A stretch of DNA of 64,000 nucleotides from NCBI RefSeq assembly GCF_001194135.2, contig NC_068984.1:130942823-131006822 (forward strand), written 5' to 3'. Within the stretch, counting starts at the first letter, position 1, and the number at the start of each line of letters is the position of its first letter. The notes under the pieces were generated by a model. That model saw only the letters and a program-made list of their open reading frames with translations. It made no database searches and was not told the origin of the DNA. Of the stretch, positions 61,900 through 64,000 are shown piece after piece. This DNA is from Octopus bimaculoides. Its lineage: Eukaryota. Both the position numbers and the translations under genes were made by a program.

Positions 61900-63244
61900 T
61901 TATGTCTCGAATGTTAGCGAGACTGAAATAAGTACTGGATTTGATCTGATCAACTAAACATGGGAAGATGGTGCCACAGCATGGCCGTTGTCCTGTGATT
62001 GAAGTCAGTGAAAGAATACTTTTCATTTCACTCTTTAGTTTGTTTACACTCTTTGTTTACAATCTCTTNNNNNNNNNNNNNNNNNNNNNNNNNNNNNNNN
62101 NNNNNNNNNNNNNNNNNNNNNNNNNNNNNNNNNNNNNNNNNNNNNNNNNNNNNNNNNNNNNNNNNNNNNNNNNNNNNNNNNNNNNNAGATAAATGCCAGT
62201 TGAGCATTGGGGTCGATGTAATCGACTAGCCCCCGTACTCGAATTTGCTGTGATTGCTTGGTCCCAAGTGAACCCTGATCTGGCAGACCTGTGATCAAAG
62301 GCATATAAGCTATTACCACTCCATTTTTTTTTTCTGGTACTTTTCTGGCTTGCATTAAAAAGTCTCGGCACACATACTGTCCATATATGACATAGGCGTA
62401 CCATAGCACAGTACTTAGAAACATCTGAGCTAGAATATTCTATTAGACTTTTCCTCGCTTAATATTTTTGCTGACAGAATCGTTAGCAAGCCGGCCAAAA
62501 TGCTTAGCGATAATTTGTCCATCTTCACGTTCTGAATTCAAATTCCACCGAGGCCCACTATGCCTTTCATACTTTCGGTGTCGATAAGATAAATGCCAGT
62601 TGAGCATTGGGGTCGATGTAATCGACTAGCCCCCGTACTCGAATTTGCTGTGATTGCTTGGTCCCAAGTGAACCCTGATCTGGCAGACCTGTGATCAAAG
62701 GCATATAAGCTATTACCACTCCATTTTTTTTTTCAAGCATTACGTTCCCCTAATTATATTATCAGGCAGTGAGCTGGCAGAATTGTTAGCGCGTCGGACA
62801 AAAAGCTTAACGGTATTTCTTCGGGTTCTTTACGTTCTATGTCCAAATCAAGCCAAGATCAACTTTGCCTTTCATGCCTTCAAGGTCAATAAAATAAAGT
62901 ACTAGTCAAGTACTAGAGTCGGTGCAATCGACTTGTTCCCTCTCCTCATGATTGCTGACCTTCAAATCTACAACGGACCGGCGTCCCGTTCAGAAGGACT
63001 GTAGTGATCTTGATACACCATGGAAACCGGCCTTTTGTGTCATAGTTCTCAAGAAATAAAAAACTGTATTGTTCAATGTGTCCCTACCACGCTTTTTTGA
63101 CAGTGTGTGATTTAAGAAAGCACTGTGATTTAAGAGAGATTTAGCTGTTATTTTTTGCAGGCCAAAAGACCATATGAGGTCTCTCGCGGCCCGCTTAACG
63201 TGTGTAAGGGAGATAACTTAGTGTTGTATTTGAATACCATATGT

Positions 63245-63277
<33 letters not shown>

Positions 63278-64000
63278 GCTAAGCATGCATGAGCAAACAT
63301 GAGAGATTCCACCTAGTCGCTCGAGTTGCAAGCAATAACCGCTCCCATCCATCTTAAACAAGACAGGATGCGGAAGAGAATATAGTTGTACATATACTGT
63401 TTCTAAAAAGAAACAAATAAGAAAAAAAAAAAAAGACGGGAGCGTCATGACTGGAACGGCTTTGATCAGAGGAAATCTGGGATTAAACAAAAACAATAAT
63501 AACTCGATATATGCAGCAGAAACAGTGTAACATTAAAATAGTCATCTGTGTATCATACTTAATGTAAACACATCAAGAAAAGCAAATTAAGTGCGGTATC
63601 CGTCCAGAAATAATATTCTTTATGGATGCATTGTGCTTAAAAACACAAAAATATGTCAGTAGCTGACAAAAATCGTCTAGTAGCGGCGGTGGGAATACTC
63701 AATGCACATTTCTGCTTTGTGAGGCTTTGTTAGTGGGATCTAGTCACTGCCAACCACATGCTATGATAAGATTTACTGTCACTGATGTAAGAAAACAATG
63801 ACTGAAAAATCGCTGATGTTGCTTTTAACCACCCGCACTAAACAAAACATCAATGGATGTTATAGAAACAGTATTAGATTAAAACAGCCATCTATGTATC
63901 ATAATGAAAGCATATGGCTTAGTGGTTAGTGTATTCGACTCACGGTCGCGAGTTCGATTCCCAGCGATGCGTTGTATCCTTGAGCAAGACACTTTATTTC

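Noticed and set aside
62187-62733. Identical 145-bp duplication at a 400-bp offset (62187 and 62587)
   Set aside because: One copy starts exactly at a gap edge and the two appear identical, which is most likely a scaffolding artefact.
1-64000. CRISPR arrays, operons, rRNA or other prokaryotic-type systems
   Set aside because: No repeat-spacer arrays, rRNA or intronless gene clusters were seen; the window is spliceosomal-intron-rich animal DNA.

Overview
AT-rich, microsatellite- and SINE-dense eukaryotic DNA with 12 N-gaps. The repeat families look octopus/cephalopod-like; this is inferred from recognition, not a search. Two multi-exon genes converge. (1) SLC12A8 (orphan cation-chloride cotransporter family member, CCC9) on the + strand: 11 coding exons are visible from 21847 to the stop at 42475. 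Its N-terminus and an internal stretch of about 70 aa are not in called sequence. A donor site right after the 31774-32186 gap suggests the internal stretch lies in that gap. (2) A complete 8-exon MICOS subunit MIC26/MIC27 gene (APOO/APOOL family) on the - strand, 58520 to 47966: 726 nt CDS, 241 aa, all exon phases consistent. The rest is transposon-derived: about five SINE families, hAT, Tc1/mariner and piggyBac-like MITEs (several with intact target-site duplications), a solo LTR, a Helitron 3' end, CR1/L2 fragments, a decayed hAT transposase and an R4/Dong-like retroelement inside a (TAA)n microsatellite. Most ORF-track entries are microsatellite, gap or repeat artefacts. I found no clear evidence of a new biological system. 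The best leads are (ATT)n-targeted retroposition, intronic hairpins as candidate ADAR substrates, a possible alternative hydrophobic N-terminus for MIC27, and a CpG-decay contrast suggesting gene-body methylation.
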